A stretch of 64,000 nucleotides of DNA from Macrostomum lignano (taxonomy: Eukaryota). Within the stretch, counting starts at the first letter, position 1, and each line of letters opens with the position of its first letter. The stretch lies in contig NIVC01000033.1 of assembly GCA_002269645.1 (NCBI GenBank), positions 795,335 to 859,334 on the forward strand, given 5' to 3'. Of this stretch, positions 35,601-48,130 are shown piece by piece. Under the pieces are notes generated by a model. It saw only the letters and a list, made by a program, of their open reading frames with translations. It was not told where the DNA came from and made no database searches. A program made the translations under genes and the position numbers.

Positions 35601-38600
35601 CATTAACGGTGATAAGCGAACCCTATCAGACCCTCATTGTACATTAACGGTGATAAGCAAGCCCCATCAGACCCCCATTGTACATTAACGGTGATAAGCA
35701 AGCCCCATCAGACCCCCATTGTACATTAACGGTGATAAGCAAGCCCCATCAGACCCCAATGTACACTCGCAGTGGATAGCCAACCCCATCTAACCCCAAT
35801 GTACACTCGCAGTGGATAGCCAACCCCATCAAACCCCAACGTACACTCGCAGTGGATAGCCAACCCCATCAAACCTCAACGTACACTCGCAGTGGATAGC
35901 CAACCCCATCAAACCTCAACGTACACTCGCAGTGGATAGCCAACCCCATCAAACCCCAACGTACACTCGCAGTGGATAGCCAACCCCATCAAACCCCAAC
36001 GTACACTCGCGGTGCTAGCCAACCCCATCTAACCCCAATGTACATTCGTGGTGCTAGCCAACCCCACCTAACCCCAATGCACATTCGCGTAGACAGCCTG
36101 CCCAATCAGCCCCACCACCCCAGTGCACACAGCTCATCAATCCTTCCCCATCGCAGTCGGACTTCGCTCCCGAAGATTTCTCGGCAATGCCTGCACCGCT
36201 GCTGCTGGACATGCTGGAATCCAAGCTGGACTTCCCGCTGCACGCGGCCGTCAAATCGAAACGGGACGACGTTGTCTTCCTCTATTTGAGTCGGCACTTC
36301 AATCAAGTAAGCAATTTTTGCTTTAAAACATTTTGCTTTGGCTTAGACTTTAGCTTACTGAAGGAATTGGCAATATCTGAAGGCTTATGATTTCATTTTC
36401 ATTTGAAACCTGCGGTATTGGCATTCCTGCCTTCAGGACCGGTCCAGCGTCAACCAGCTGGACTCGAAAGGCGAGCACCCGCTGGGCCTGGCCCTCAACC
36501 TCAAACTGGAGGGCATCGCCGAGAATCTGCTGGCGCACAACGCCAACCTCAACAGCCGCGACCCTGACGGATTCTCGCTGCTGCACCGCGCCATCCGGGA
36601 TGGTGAGCTCGACTGGCACTTACTCACACTCACTCACTCACTCACTCGCTCACTCACTCATTCACTCACTCACTCACTCATTCACTCACTCACTCATTCA
36701 CTCACTAACTCACTCACTCACATTCACTCATTCGCTCATATATTCACTCACACTCATTCACTCACTCACTCACTCACTCACTCACTCACTCACTCATTCA
36801 CTCATTCACTCATATATTCACTCACACTCACTCACTCACTCACTCATTCACTCACTCACTCACTCACTCACTCACTCACAATCATTCACTCACACTCGTT
36901 CACTCACTCACTCACTCACTCACTCACTCACTCACTCACTCACACACACTTTCTCACTCAGTCACTCGCTCTACCAGCTGTTCCCTTCACTACTACAAGC
37001 CAGTATTCACTGGAATGAGTTCTCCAACTGCACCCGAACGCCCGCCGGCCCGCAGAGGACGAATTCGCTGCCGCATTTCTCATCACCCGCGGATGCGACG
37101 TGAATTGCGAGGCGCCCGCCAACCGGCGCAGCCCGCTGCATCAGTGCGCCGCCGCGGTGTCTGACTGCCTGTTCAGCATCGCCGAGCAGCTCGTCATCAA
37201 GGGTGCGCGGGTCAACGCGCAGGACGCCGACGGCGTGTCGCCACTTCACCTGGCCGTGTCGGCCGGCAACTCGAGCGTCTTCGGCTTGCTGCTGTCGCAC
37301 CCGGACCTGGACGCCAACCTGGCGGACGCGGCTGGCAGCGTGCCGCTCTGGCTGACGCTGCGTCGAGTCGACGGCGGGCCCGGCGACGCCGAGGCCAGAC
37401 GGATGTGCGCCGAACTCGTGCGCAAAGGGGCGTCACCCGACGCGACTGGGACGCGTTTCCATGGTGACAGTCTGTTGCACAGGTGAATGGATGGCTAAGC
37501 AACGGTTGTTATGCTGAGTATTGATGGGTTCTTTTGGTTGCTAGGCGACGGTTGCTATTTTGAGTATTGATGGGTTCCTCTGGTTGCTAGGCAACGGTTG
37601 CTATGCTGAGTATTGATGGGTTCTTCTGGTTGCTAGGCGACGGTTGCTATGCTGAGTATTGATGAGTTCTTCTGGTTGCTAGGCGACGGTTGCTATGCTG
37701 AGTATTGATGGATTCTTCTGGTTGCTAGGCGACGGTTGCTATGCTGAGTATTGATGGGTTCTTCTGGTTGCTAGGCGACGGTTGCTATGCTGAGTATTGA
37801 TGGGTTCTTCTGGTTGCTAGGAGACCGTTTTTTATTAGTGTCAACTTTAATAAGTTATTTCGGCTTCTACTTTGGTTATGGAGTTCTAGTTGCTACGGCA
37901 ACGGTGGCTACTACTCCATGATCCCCATGCTAAAATAAAAATGCCTTATATCCCGCACTGCTAGGTGCGCCCGGGACCGGATGGAGCAGGCGGCCATCTA
38001 CCTGTGCCAGCTGGGCGCCAAGCCGAACACCCGAAACGAGAGGGGCGAGACACCGCTGCACACGGCCGCCCACCTGGGCCTGGCGGGCCTCGCCAAGGCG
38101 CTGCTGGCGGCTGGCGCGGACCCCAACACCCAGATGACCGGCTGCCTGCAGCCCAGCGGCGAGTCCGACGTCACCATGCAGACCGCCATACACCTGGCCA
38201 TCTGCGGTGGCCACAGGCAGCTTGTGCAGGTGGGGCTGAAATTCTGCCTGTGCTTTTTCCATGCTTACTGGCTCATATTGTCGATTATTCCAGTTATGTA
38301 CATTTGATTTTAGATGTACATATGAGTTGTGATATTCCCATGTCGATATTCCCATGTCGACATTCCCATGTCGATATTACCATGTCGACATTCCCAGGTC
38401 GATATGCCCATGTTAACATTCCCATGTCGATATTCCTATGTCGATAATTTCAATGTCGATATTCCCATGTCGATAATTTCAATGTCGATATTCCCATGTC
38501 GATAATTTCAATGTCGATATTCCCATGTCGATCATTTCAATGTCGATATTCCCATGTCGATATTCCTATGTCGATAATTTCCATGTCGATATTCCTATGT

Positions 38601-41600
38601 CGATAATTTCCATGTCGACATCCATGTCGATTCCATTCGCAGACTCTGCTGGTGTCCGACCTGAGTGTCCGCGACTCGCAGGGCAACTCGGCCTTCAGCC
38701 TGGCGCTGTGGAACGGGATGGTGGACGTGGCCGACCAGCTGCTCCGAGCCGGCGCCTGCATCAACGAGGCCAATGCCGAGGGCCTCAGCCTGCTGCAACA
38801 GGCGGTGCTGCTGCACTCGGCCAGGGCCGCCCTGTTCCTCATTGAGCACGGGGCCGACATTCACTACGTGTGAGCTGGGGGAGGTCGAATGAGTCACTTG
38901 TTTACTATGAGTGATTAAGGGTCATTTGTTGAGCTCATCAAGAAATGAGTCATACAGAGAGCTCATCAAAAATAATCATCATTTAGAATGAGTCATACAG
39001 AAAACTCATCAAAGTAATCATCATTTAGAATGAGTCATACAGAAAACTCATCAAAGTAATCATCATTTAGAATGAGTCATACAGAAAACTCATCAAAGTA
39101 ATCATCATTTAGAATGAGTCATACAGAAAACTCATCAAAGTAATCATCATTTGAAAGGATTCATAGAGAGAGCTCATCAAAAGTAATCATCATTTAGAAT
39201 GAGTCATACAGAAAACTCATCAAAGTAATCATCATTTAGAATGAGTCATACAGAAAACTCCTCATCAAAGTAATCATCATTTAGAATGAGTCATACAGAA
39301 AACTCATCCTAGTAATCATCATTTAGAATGAGTCATACAGAAAAATCATCAAAGTAATCATCATTTAGAATGAGTCATACAGAAAACTCATCAAAAGTTC
39401 ATCATTTAGAATGAGTCATACAGAGCAGTAATAAAATACTCAACGAGAGTGAGTCATGCAGCGAAATAATAAATCAATTATTCACTATCGCCTCATGCCC
39501 AGAAACCCGTCAGGCGAGTCCAGCCTCCAGCTCGCCATCAAGGCGCAGCTGCCAGCCGTGGTGAAGGTGCTCTGCCAGCGGGGCGCCAACCTGGAGACCG
39601 GCTGCCCGCTCAGCCTGGCGCTAGAAGCTGGGCAGGAGGAGATGGCGGCCATCCTGATTGAGCACGGCGCCTCCGTGACCCCCTGGCTGCCGGGCCCGGA
39701 GGCCGGCCAGGAGCGCACGCTGCTGCAGCAGCTGCTGGATGGCGGCCAGGAGCGAAGCGCCGTCTTCCTCATCCGCCGCGGCGCCGAAGTCAATGTCATC
39801 ACGAGGGGCTGCGAGGACAAGCAGACTCCCCTGCACGTGTGCGCGCAGTGGGGATTGGAGGTATGGGAGTTGGGGAGTGGAGGTGTGGGAGTTGGGGAGT
39901 GGAAGTGTGGGATATGTTGAGGTGGAGGTGTGAGAGTTGGGGAGTGGAGGTGTGGGAGTTGGGGAGTGGAAGTGTGGGAGTTGGGGAGTGGAAGTGTGGG
40001 AGTTGGGGAGTTGAGGTTTGGGATTTGGGGAGTGGAGGTGTGGGATTTGGGGAGTTGAGGTTTGGGATTTGGGGAGTGGAGGTGTGGGATTTGGGGAGTT
40101 GAGGTGTGGGATTTGGGGAGTGGAGGTGTGGGATTTGGGGAGTGGAGGTGTGGGATTTGGGGAGTGGAGGTGTGGGATTTGGGGAGTGGAGGTGTGGGAT
40201 TTGGGGAGTGGAGGTGTGGGATTTGGGGAGTGGAGGTGTGGGATTTGGGGAGTGGAGGTGTGGGATTTGGGGAGTGGAGGTGTGGGATTTGGGGAGTGGA
40301 GGTGTGGGATTTGGGGAGTGGAGGTGTGGGATTTGGGGAGTGGAGGTGTGGGATTTGGGGAGTGGAGGTGTGGGATTTGGGGAGTGGAGGTGTGGGATTT
40401 GGGGAGTGGAGGTGTGGGATTTGGGGAGTGGAGGTGTGGGATTTGGGGAGTGGAGGTGTGGGATTTGGGGAGTGGAGGTGTGGGATTTGGGGAGTGGAGG
40501 TGTGGGATTTGGGGAGTGGAGGTGTGGGATTTACAATCGCCACCAAACACCGCAGGGCGCCACCCACGCCCTCATCGAGCGCAACGCCGACGTGAACGCG
40601 CAGGACGCGGACGGCAACACGCCGCTGCACCTGGCCATCCAGGGCGGCCACATGACGGTCGTCAGCCTGCTGCTGTCGCACCCGGGCCTCGACCTGCGCC
40701 TGCGCAACGCGCGCGGCGCCACGCCGTTCGCCTCCGCGATGGAGTCGCGCATCCAGCGAGTCGCTCAGGCTATCGTCGATCGCGAGCCGACGGCGCCGGA
40801 GCTGCGGGACAACCAGGTGCGATGGGATTCTCATTGTAGCCTGTCTGCATCACTCTGTCTCATTGTAGCCTGCCTGCATCACCCTGTGTCTCAATTGGGT
40901 TGCCTGCATCACTCTGTGTCTCAATTGGGTTGCCTGCATCACTCTGTGTCTCTATTGGGTTGCCTGTATCACTCTGTGTCTCAATTGGGTTGCCCGCATC
41001 ACTCTGTGTCTCATTGTAGCCTGCCTGCATAACCCTGTGTCTCAATTGGGTTGCCTGCATCACTCTGTGTCTCTATTGGGTTGCCTGCATCACTCTGTGT
41101 CTCTATTGGGTTGCCTGTATCACTCTGTGTCTCAATTGGGTTGCCCGCATCACTCTGTGTCTCATTGTAGCCTGCCTGCATAACCCTGTGTCTCAATTGG
41201 GTTGCCTGCATCACTCTGTGTCTCTATTGGGTTGCCTGTATCACTCTGTGTCTCAATTGGGTTGCCCGCATCACTCTGTGTCTCATTGTAGCCTGCCTGC
41301 ATAACCCTGTGTCTCTATTGGGTTGCCTGCATCACTCTGTGTCTCTATTGGGTTACCTGTATCACTCTGTGTCTCAATTGGGTTGCCCGCATCACTCTGT
41401 GTCTCATTGTAGCCTGCCTGCATAACCCTGTGTCTCAATTGGGTTGCCTGCATCACTCTGTGTCTCTATTGGGTTGCCTGCATCACTCTGTGTCTCTATT
41501 GGGTTGCCTGCATCACTCTGTGTCTCTATTGGGTTGCCTGCATCACTCTGTGTCCCTATTGGGTTGCCTGTATCACTCTGTGTCTCAATTGGGTTGCCCG

Positions 41601-44600
41601 CCTATGTGTCTCATTGTAGCCTGCCTGCATAACCCTGTGTCTCAATTGGGTTGCCTGCATCACTCTGTGTCTCTATTGGGTTGCCTGTATCACTCTGTGT
41701 CTCAATTGGGTTGCCCGCATCACTCTGTGTCTCATTGTAGCCTGCCTGCATAACCCTGTGTCTCGATTGGGTTGCCTGCATCACTTTGTCTCGATTGGGT
41801 TGCCTGCATCACTCTGTGTCTCGATTGGGTTGCCTGCATCACTCTGTCTCGATTGGGTTGCCTGCATCACTCTGTGTCTCTATTGGGTTGCCTGTATCAC
41901 TCTGTGTCTCAATTGGGTTGCCTGCATCACTCTGTGTCTCTATTGGGTTGCCTGCATCACTCTGTGACCCTATTGGGTTGCCTGCATCACTCTGTGTCCC
42001 TATTGGTTTGCCTGCATCACTCTGTGTCTCTATTGGTTTGCCTGCATCACTCTGTGTCTCTATTGGGTTGCCTGCATCACTCTGTGTCCCTATTGGGTTG
42101 CCTGCATCACTCTGTGTCTCTATTGGGTTGCCTGCATCACTCTGTGTCTCTATTGGGTTGCCTGCATCACTCTGTGTCCCTATTGGGTTGCCTGCATCAC
42201 TCTGTGTCTCTATTGGGTTGCCTGTATCACTCTGTGTCTCAATTGGGTTGCCCGCATCACTCTGTGTCTCATTGTAGCCTGCCTGCATAACCCTGTGTCT
42301 CAATTGGGTTGCCTGCATCACTCTGTGTCTCTATTGGGTTGCCTGTATCACTCTGTGTCTCAATTGGGTTGCCCGCATCACTCTGTGTCTCATTGTAGCC
42401 TGCCTGCATAACCCTGTGTCTCTATTGGGTTGCCTGCATCACTCTGTGTCTCTATTGGGTTGCCTGTATCACTCTGTGTCTCAATTGGGTTGCCCGCATC
42501 ACTCTGTGTCTCATTGTAGCCTGCCTGCATAACCCTGTGTCTCAATTGGGTTGCCTGCATCACTCTGTGTCTCTATTGGGTTGCCTGTACCACTCTGTGT
42601 CTCAATTGGGTTGCCCGCATCACTCTGTGTCTCATTGTAGCCTGCCTGCATAACCCTGTGTCTCAATTGGGTTGCCTGCATCACTCTGTGTCTCTATTGG
42701 GTTGCCTGCATCACTCTGTCTCAATTGGGTTGCCCGCATCACTCTGTGTCTCAATTGGGTTGCCCGCATCACTGTGTCTCTATTGGGTTGCCTGCATCAC
42801 TCTGTGTCTCTATTGGATTGCCTGCATCACTCTGTGTCTCGATTGGGTTGCCTGCATCACTCTGTCTCGATTGGGTTGCCTGCATCACTCTGTGTCTCTA
42901 TTGGGTTGCCTGTATCACTCTGTGTCTCAATTGGGTTGCCTGTATCACTCTGTGTCTCAATTGGGTTGCCTGTATCACTCTGTGTCTCTATTGGGTTGCC
43001 TGCATCACTCTGTGTCCCTATTGGGTTGCCTGCATCACTCTGTGTCCCTATTGGGTTGCCTGCATCACTCTGTGTCTCGATTGGGTTGCCTGCATCACTC
43101 TGTGTCTCGATTGGGTTGCCTGCATCACTCTGTGTCTCTATTGGGTTGCCTGCATCACTCTGTGTCCCTATTGGGTTGCCTGCATCACTCTGTGTCTCGA
43201 TTGGGTTGCCTGCATCACTCTGTGTCTCTATTGGGTTGCCTGCATCACTATGTGTCCCTATTGGGTTGCCTGTATCACTCTGTGTCTCAATTGGGTTGCC
43301 CGCATCACTATGTGTCTCATTGTAGCCTGCCTGCATAACCCTGTGTCTCAATTGGGTTGCCTGCATCACTCTGTGTCTCTATTGGGTTGCCTGCATCACT
43401 CTGTGTCTCTATTGGGTTGCCTGTATCACTCTGTGTCTCAATTGGGTTGCCCGCATCACTCTGTGTCTCATTGTAGCCTGCCTGCATAACCCTGTGTCTC
43501 AATTGGGTTGCCTGCATCACTCTGTATCTCAATTGGGTTGCCCGCATCACTCTGTGTCTCATTGTAGCCTGCCTGCATAACCCTGTGTCTCAATTGGGTT
43601 GCCTGCATCACTCTGTGTCTCTATTGGGTTGCCTGCATCACTCTGTGTCTCTATTGGGTTGCCTGCATCACTCTGTCTCAATTGGGTTGCCCGCATCACT
43701 CTGTGTCTCAATTGGGTTGCCCGCATCACTGTGTCTCAATTGGGTTGCCTGCATCACTCTGTGTCTCATTGTAGCCTGCCTGCATAACCCTGTGTCTCAA
43801 TTGGGTTGCCTGCATCACTCTGTGTCTCTATTGGGTTGCCTGCATCACTCTGTGTCTCTATTGGGTTGCCTGCATCACTCTGTGTCCCTATTGGGTTGCC
43901 TGTATCACTCTGTGTCTCAATTGGGTTGCCCGCATCACTCTGTGTCTCATTGTAGCCTGCCTGCATAACCCTGTGTCTCAATTGGGTTGCCTGCATCACT
44001 CTGTGTCTCTATTGGGTTGCCTGCATCACTCTGTCTCAATTGGGTTGCCCGCATCACTCTGTGTCTCAATTGGGTTGCCCGCATCACTGTGTCTCAATTG
44101 GGTTGCCTGCATCACTCTGTGTCTCATTGTAGCCTGCCTGCATAACCCTGTGTCTCAATTGGGTTGCCTGCATCACTCTGTGTCTCTATTGGGTTGCCCG
44201 CATCACTCTGTATCTCTATTGGGTTGCCTTGGGTTGCCAGGGTTAGATTTTAGCCTCATCAAATTGATCTCCTCCACCCCCAGGGCCGCAACTTCCTGCA
44301 CAAGGCGGTGCTGAAGGCCGACCTGGACAGCGTCCTGTTCCTCATCTCAATCAGCGCCGATGTGAACTCGCGGGTTCGCGACCAGACCGAGCTCGCCCCG
44401 CTGCATCTCTGCGTCGCCGCGCCGTCCACTGACGCCACGTCGAGCGTGGCGCGTCACCTCCTGCTTGCTGGCGCCGACCCCAACGCCCGCACCAGCGGCC
44501 AGCGACGGACGCCACTGCACCTGGCTTGCGCCGCCGGCAACTGCGACCTCGCCGGAATCCTGCTAGAGAACGAATCTGTCGAGGTGAACTGCACAGACGA

Positions 44601-44995
44601 TGGCGGCGAGACTCCGCTGCACCTGGCGATGCGCGAGGGCCACCTGCCGGTCTGCCGCCTCCTCCTGCAGCAGCACCGCCGCCCGCGGCCGCAGCTGCTC
44701 AGCGCCGCCAACATCCGTGGCCAGACGCCGCTGCACCTGCTGGCTCAGTACGGCCGGGAGAACGCCGCCAGCATCTTCGACTGCGTGATGGCCGCCGAGC
44801 CGCAGACCAGCGTCGACTTGCCCGACGCTGAGGGCAACACGGCGCTGCTGCTGGCCTACATGCAGGGCAACGTGCGGCTCTGCACCGCCCTGGTGCGGGC
44901 TGGTGCCAGCCTGGGGGCCATCAACAAGTACGGCAAGACCGTCTTCAACCACCAGGTGAGCTTGCTGTGTCTGTCTGCCTGTCTGTCTGTCTGCC

Positions 44996-45027
<32 letters not shown>

Positions 45028-45029
45028 CC

Positions 45030-45060
<31 letters not shown>

Positions 45061-45063
45061 GCC

Positions 45064-45106
<43 letters not shown>

Positions 45107-45107
45107 T

Positions 45108-45166
<59 letters not shown>

Positions 45167-45369
45167 GCCTGCCTGCCTGTCTGTCTGTCTGTCTGTCTGC
45201 CTGCCTGCCTGCCTGCCTGACTGTCTGCCTGCCTGCCTGCCTGTCTGTCTGTCTGTCTGTCTGCCTGCCTGCCTGCCTGCCTGTCTGTCTGTCTGTCTGT
45301 CTGTCTGCCTGTCTGTCTGTCTGTCCGCCTGTCTGCCTGCCTGTCTGCCTGCCTGTCTGCCTGCCTGCC

Positions 45370-45402
<33 letters not shown>

Positions 45403-45468
45403 TGTCTGTCTTAGTGTCTGTCTTAGTGTCTGTCTGTCTGACTGTCTGTCTGCCTGCCTGTCTGTCTT

Positions 45469-45503
<35 letters not shown>

Positions 45504-45533
45504 GCCTGCCTGCCTGCCTGCCTGCCTGTCTGT

Positions 45534-45566
<33 letters not shown>

Positions 45567-45734
45567 TGTCTGCCTGCCTGTCTGTCTGTCTGTCTGTCTG
45601 TCTGCCTGCCTGCCTGCCTGCCTGCCTGTCTGTCTGTCTGCCTGCCTGTCTGTCTGTCTGTCTGTCTGTCTGCCTGTCTGTCTGTCTGTCCGCCTGTCTG
45701 CCTGCCTGTCTGCCTGCCTGTCTGCCTGCCTGCC

Positions 45735-45767
<33 letters not shown>

Positions 45768-45833
45768 TGTCTGTCTTAGTGTCTGTCTTAGTGTCTGTCT
45801 GTCTGACTGTCTGTCTGCCTGCCTGTCTGTCTT

Positions 45834-45864
<31 letters not shown>

Positions 45865-45894
45865 GCCTGCCTGCCTGCCTGCCTGCCTGTCTGT

Positions 45895-45927
<33 letters not shown>

Positions 45928-46079
45928 TGTCTGCCTGCCTGTCTGTCTGTCTGTCTGTCTGTCTGCCTGCCTGCCTGCCTGCCTGCCTGTCTGTCTGTCT
46001 GTCTGTCTGTCTGCCTGCCTGCCTGCCTGTCTGTCTGCCTGTCTGTCTGTCTGTCTGCCTGCCTGTCTGCCTGCCTGCC

Positions 46080-46136
<57 letters not shown>

Positions 46137-46183
46137 TAGTGTCTGCCTGTCTGTCTGTCTTAGTGTCTGTCTGTCTGTCTTAG

Positions 46184-46256
<73 letters not shown>

Positions 46257-46893
46257 GGCTGTCTGTCTGGCTGTCTGTCTGTCTGTCTGTCTTAGTGTCT
46301 GTCTGTCTGTCTGTCCGTCTGTCTGCCTGTCTGTCTGTCTGTCTGCCTGCCTGCCTGTCTGTCTTTCTGTCTGTCTGTCTGCCTGCCTGCCTGTCTGCCT
46401 GTCTGTCTGCCTGTCTGTCTGTCTGCCTGTCTGTCTGTCTGTCTGCCTGCCTGCCTGTCTGTCTGTCTGTCTGCCTGCCTGCCTGCCTGTCTGTCTTAGT
46501 GTCTGTCTGTCTGTGTGTGTGTGTCTGTCTGCCTGCCTGCCTGCCTGTCTGTCTGTCTGTCCGTCCGTCTGTCTGTCTGTCTGTCTGTCTCCAGTCTCCA
46601 GCCGCCCCTGCGCCACCACTCAGGTGCCAACCACCAGCAAGCAGCTGCTGCACACCCTGCTGGACATCCTGGACAAGGAGCCGGGCTGGGTGGACGGCGA
46701 CTTCTGCCTGGAATGCGGCACCCGGTTCAGCCTGAAGACCCGCAAGCATCACTGCCGGCACTGCGGCCGCCTGCTATGCGCGAGCTGCTCCAAGCAGCAG
46801 TGCGCCATCGTGAAGTACGGCATGCGCAAGCCGGAGCGGGTCTGCCAGTTCTGCTTCGACTACATCACCTGCCGCTACGGAGTGTCCGATTGA
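29632..46893 (+). CDS. ANKFY1: Rabankyrin-5 (BTB, ankyrin repeats, C-terminal FYVE), 12 exons, ~1143 aa
   Basis: Exons: 29632-29668, 30376-30586, 30755-31142, 36157-36306, 36437-36602, 37056-37482, 37965-38229, 38643-38869, 39503-39860, 40556-40816, 44284-44955, 46624-46893; all GT-AG and phase-consistent. Coiled coil (KLQTHLKLLREEF), BTB (GHRFVLQAR), FPLHAAVKSKRDDVVFLYL, many TPLH ankyrin repeats, GRNFLH, FYVE (WVDGDFCLEC..RKHHCRHCG..RVCQFC). Exon 1 is less certain than the rest. Confidence 0.94.
29700..29866 (-). mobile_element. possible degenerate MITE-like GC-rich insert in ANKFY1 intron 1
   Basis: GC-rich patch inside AT-rich DNA. Minus strand begins CAGTGGCCAACTAGGGG...GGGGGCGGTCGCCCCCC, resembling termini of common invertebrate MITEs. 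No clean second TIR or TSD seen. Confidence 0.3.
31308..32120. repeat. 21 bp minisatellite (TCTCCGTTTAGGGATTCCCCT), ANKFY1 intron 3, ~38 units
   Basis: Tandem array. Confidence 0.96.
32893..35757. repeat. 41 bp minisatellite (TACATTAACGGTGATAAGCAAGCCCCATCAGACCCCCATTG), ANKFY1 intron 3, ~70 units
   Basis: Tandem array. Confidence 0.97.
35758..36090. repeat. 40 bp minisatellite (GTACACTCGCAGTGGATAGCCAACCCCATCAAACCCCAAC), ANKFY1 intron 3
   Basis: Tandem array contiguous with the 41-mer array. Confidence 0.92.
36620..36962. repeat. (CACT)n/(CATT)n microsatellite, ANKFY1 intron 5
   Basis: Visible tetranucleotide repeat. Confidence 0.92.
37497..37825. repeat. 46 bp minisatellite, ANKFY1 intron 6
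   Basis: Unit GGTTGCTAGGCGACGGTTGCTATGCTGAGTATTGATGGGTTCTTCT. Confidence 0.92.
38335..38630. repeat. 14-15 bp minisatellite (ATGTCGATATTCCC), ANKFY1 intron 7
   Basis: Tandem array. Confidence 0.88.
38930..39425. repeat. 42 bp minisatellite (TCATCATTTAGAATGAGTCATACAGAAAACTCATCAAAGTAA), ANKFY1 intron 8
   Basis: Tandem array. Confidence 0.92.
39861..40532. repeat. 22 bp G-rich minisatellite (GGGATTTGGGGAGTGGAGGTGT), ANKFY1 intron 9
   Basis: Tandem array starting at the donor site. Confidence 0.96.
40826..44232. repeat. 30 bp minisatellite (TTGGGTTGCCTGCATCACTCTGTGTCTCTA) with an interspersed CATTGTAGCCTG variant, ANKFY1 intron 10
   Basis: 3.4 kb tandem array. Confidence 0.97.
44965..46590. 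repeat. (CTGT)n/(CTGC)n compound microsatellite, ANKFY1 intron 11
   Basis: Visible tetranucleotide repeat with internal block duplications. Confidence 0.97.
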
Positions 46894-46925
46894 CGCATTC
46901 AATTTTTTTATGACGTTGCGTCTTG

Positions 46926-46931
46926 AATAAA
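46926..46931 (+). terminator. candidate polyadenylation signal of ANKFY1
   Basis: AATAAA 32 nt after the stop codon. Confidence 0.5.
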
Positions 46932-46989
46932 ATTGTTTTGCCTTGAAATTCTCCACGAAATACGCGATTCCCTTTTAAATTTATATTGA

Positions 46990-48130
46990 AATTCCCCAGT
47001 GATCAAGTGAAAAATTACCTAATGATCAAGTGAGAAATTCCCCAATAAACAAGTGAGCAATTCCCCAAAAATCAAGTGAGCGATTCCCCAATAATCAAGT
47101 GAACAATTCCCCAGTGAGCAAGTGAGCAATTCCCCAAAAATCAAGTGAGCGATTCCCCAATAATCAAGTGAACAATTCCCCAGTGAGCAAGTGAGCAATT
47201 CCCCAAAAATCAAGTGAGCGATTCCCCAATAATCAAGTGAACAATTCCCCAGTGAGCAAGTGAACAATTCCCCAATAATCAAGTGAGCAATTCCCCAATA
47301 ATCAAGTGAGCAATTCCCCAATAATCAAGTGAGCAATTCCACAATAAGCAAGTGAGCAATTCCCCAATAATCAAGTGAGCAATTCCCCAATAATCAAGTG
47401 AGCAATTCCCCAATAATCAAGTGAGCAATTCCCCAATAATCAAGTGAGCAATTCCCCAATAATCAAGTGAGCAATTCCCCAATAATCAAGTGAGCAATTC
47501 CCCAATAATCAAGTGAGCAATTCCCCAATAATCAAGTAAGCAATTCCCCAATAATCAAGTGAGCAATTCCCCAGTGAGCAAGTGAGCAATTCCCCAATAA
47601 TCAAGTGAGCAATTCCCCAGTGAGCAAGTGAGCAATTCCCCAATAATCAAGTGAGCAATTCCCCAATAATCAAGTAAGCAATTCCCCAATAATCAAGTGA
47701 GCAATTCCCCAGTGAGCAAGTGAGCAATTCCCCAATAATCAAGTGAGCAATTCCCCAATAAGCAAGTGAGCAATTCCCCAATAATCAAGTGAGCAATTCC
47801 CCAATAATCAAGTGAGCAATTCCCCAATAATCAAGTGAGCAATTCCCCAATAATCAAGTAAGCAATTCCCCAATAATCAAGTGAGCAATTCCCCAATAAT
47901 CAAGTGAGCAATTCCCCAATAATCAAGTGAGCAATTCCCCAGTGAGCAAGTGAGCAATTCCCCAATAATCAAGTGAGCAATTCCCCAATAATCAAGTGAG
48001 CAATTCCCCAATAATCAAGTAAGCAATTCCCCAATAATCAAGTGAGCAATTCCCCAGTGAGCAAGTGAGCAATTCCCCAATAATCAAGTGAGCAATTCCC
48101 CAATAATCAAGTGAGCAGTTCCCCAATAAT
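46990..48130. repeat. 23 bp minisatellite (CAAGTGAGCAATTCCCCAATAAT)
   Basis: Tandem array downstream of ANKFY1. Confidence 0.96.

Noticed and set aside
39861-46619. Repeat-peptide ORFs (GFGEWRCG, LGCLHHSVS, CLSV, QTDR)
   Set aside because: Translations of intronic mini- and microsatellites in ANKFY1.
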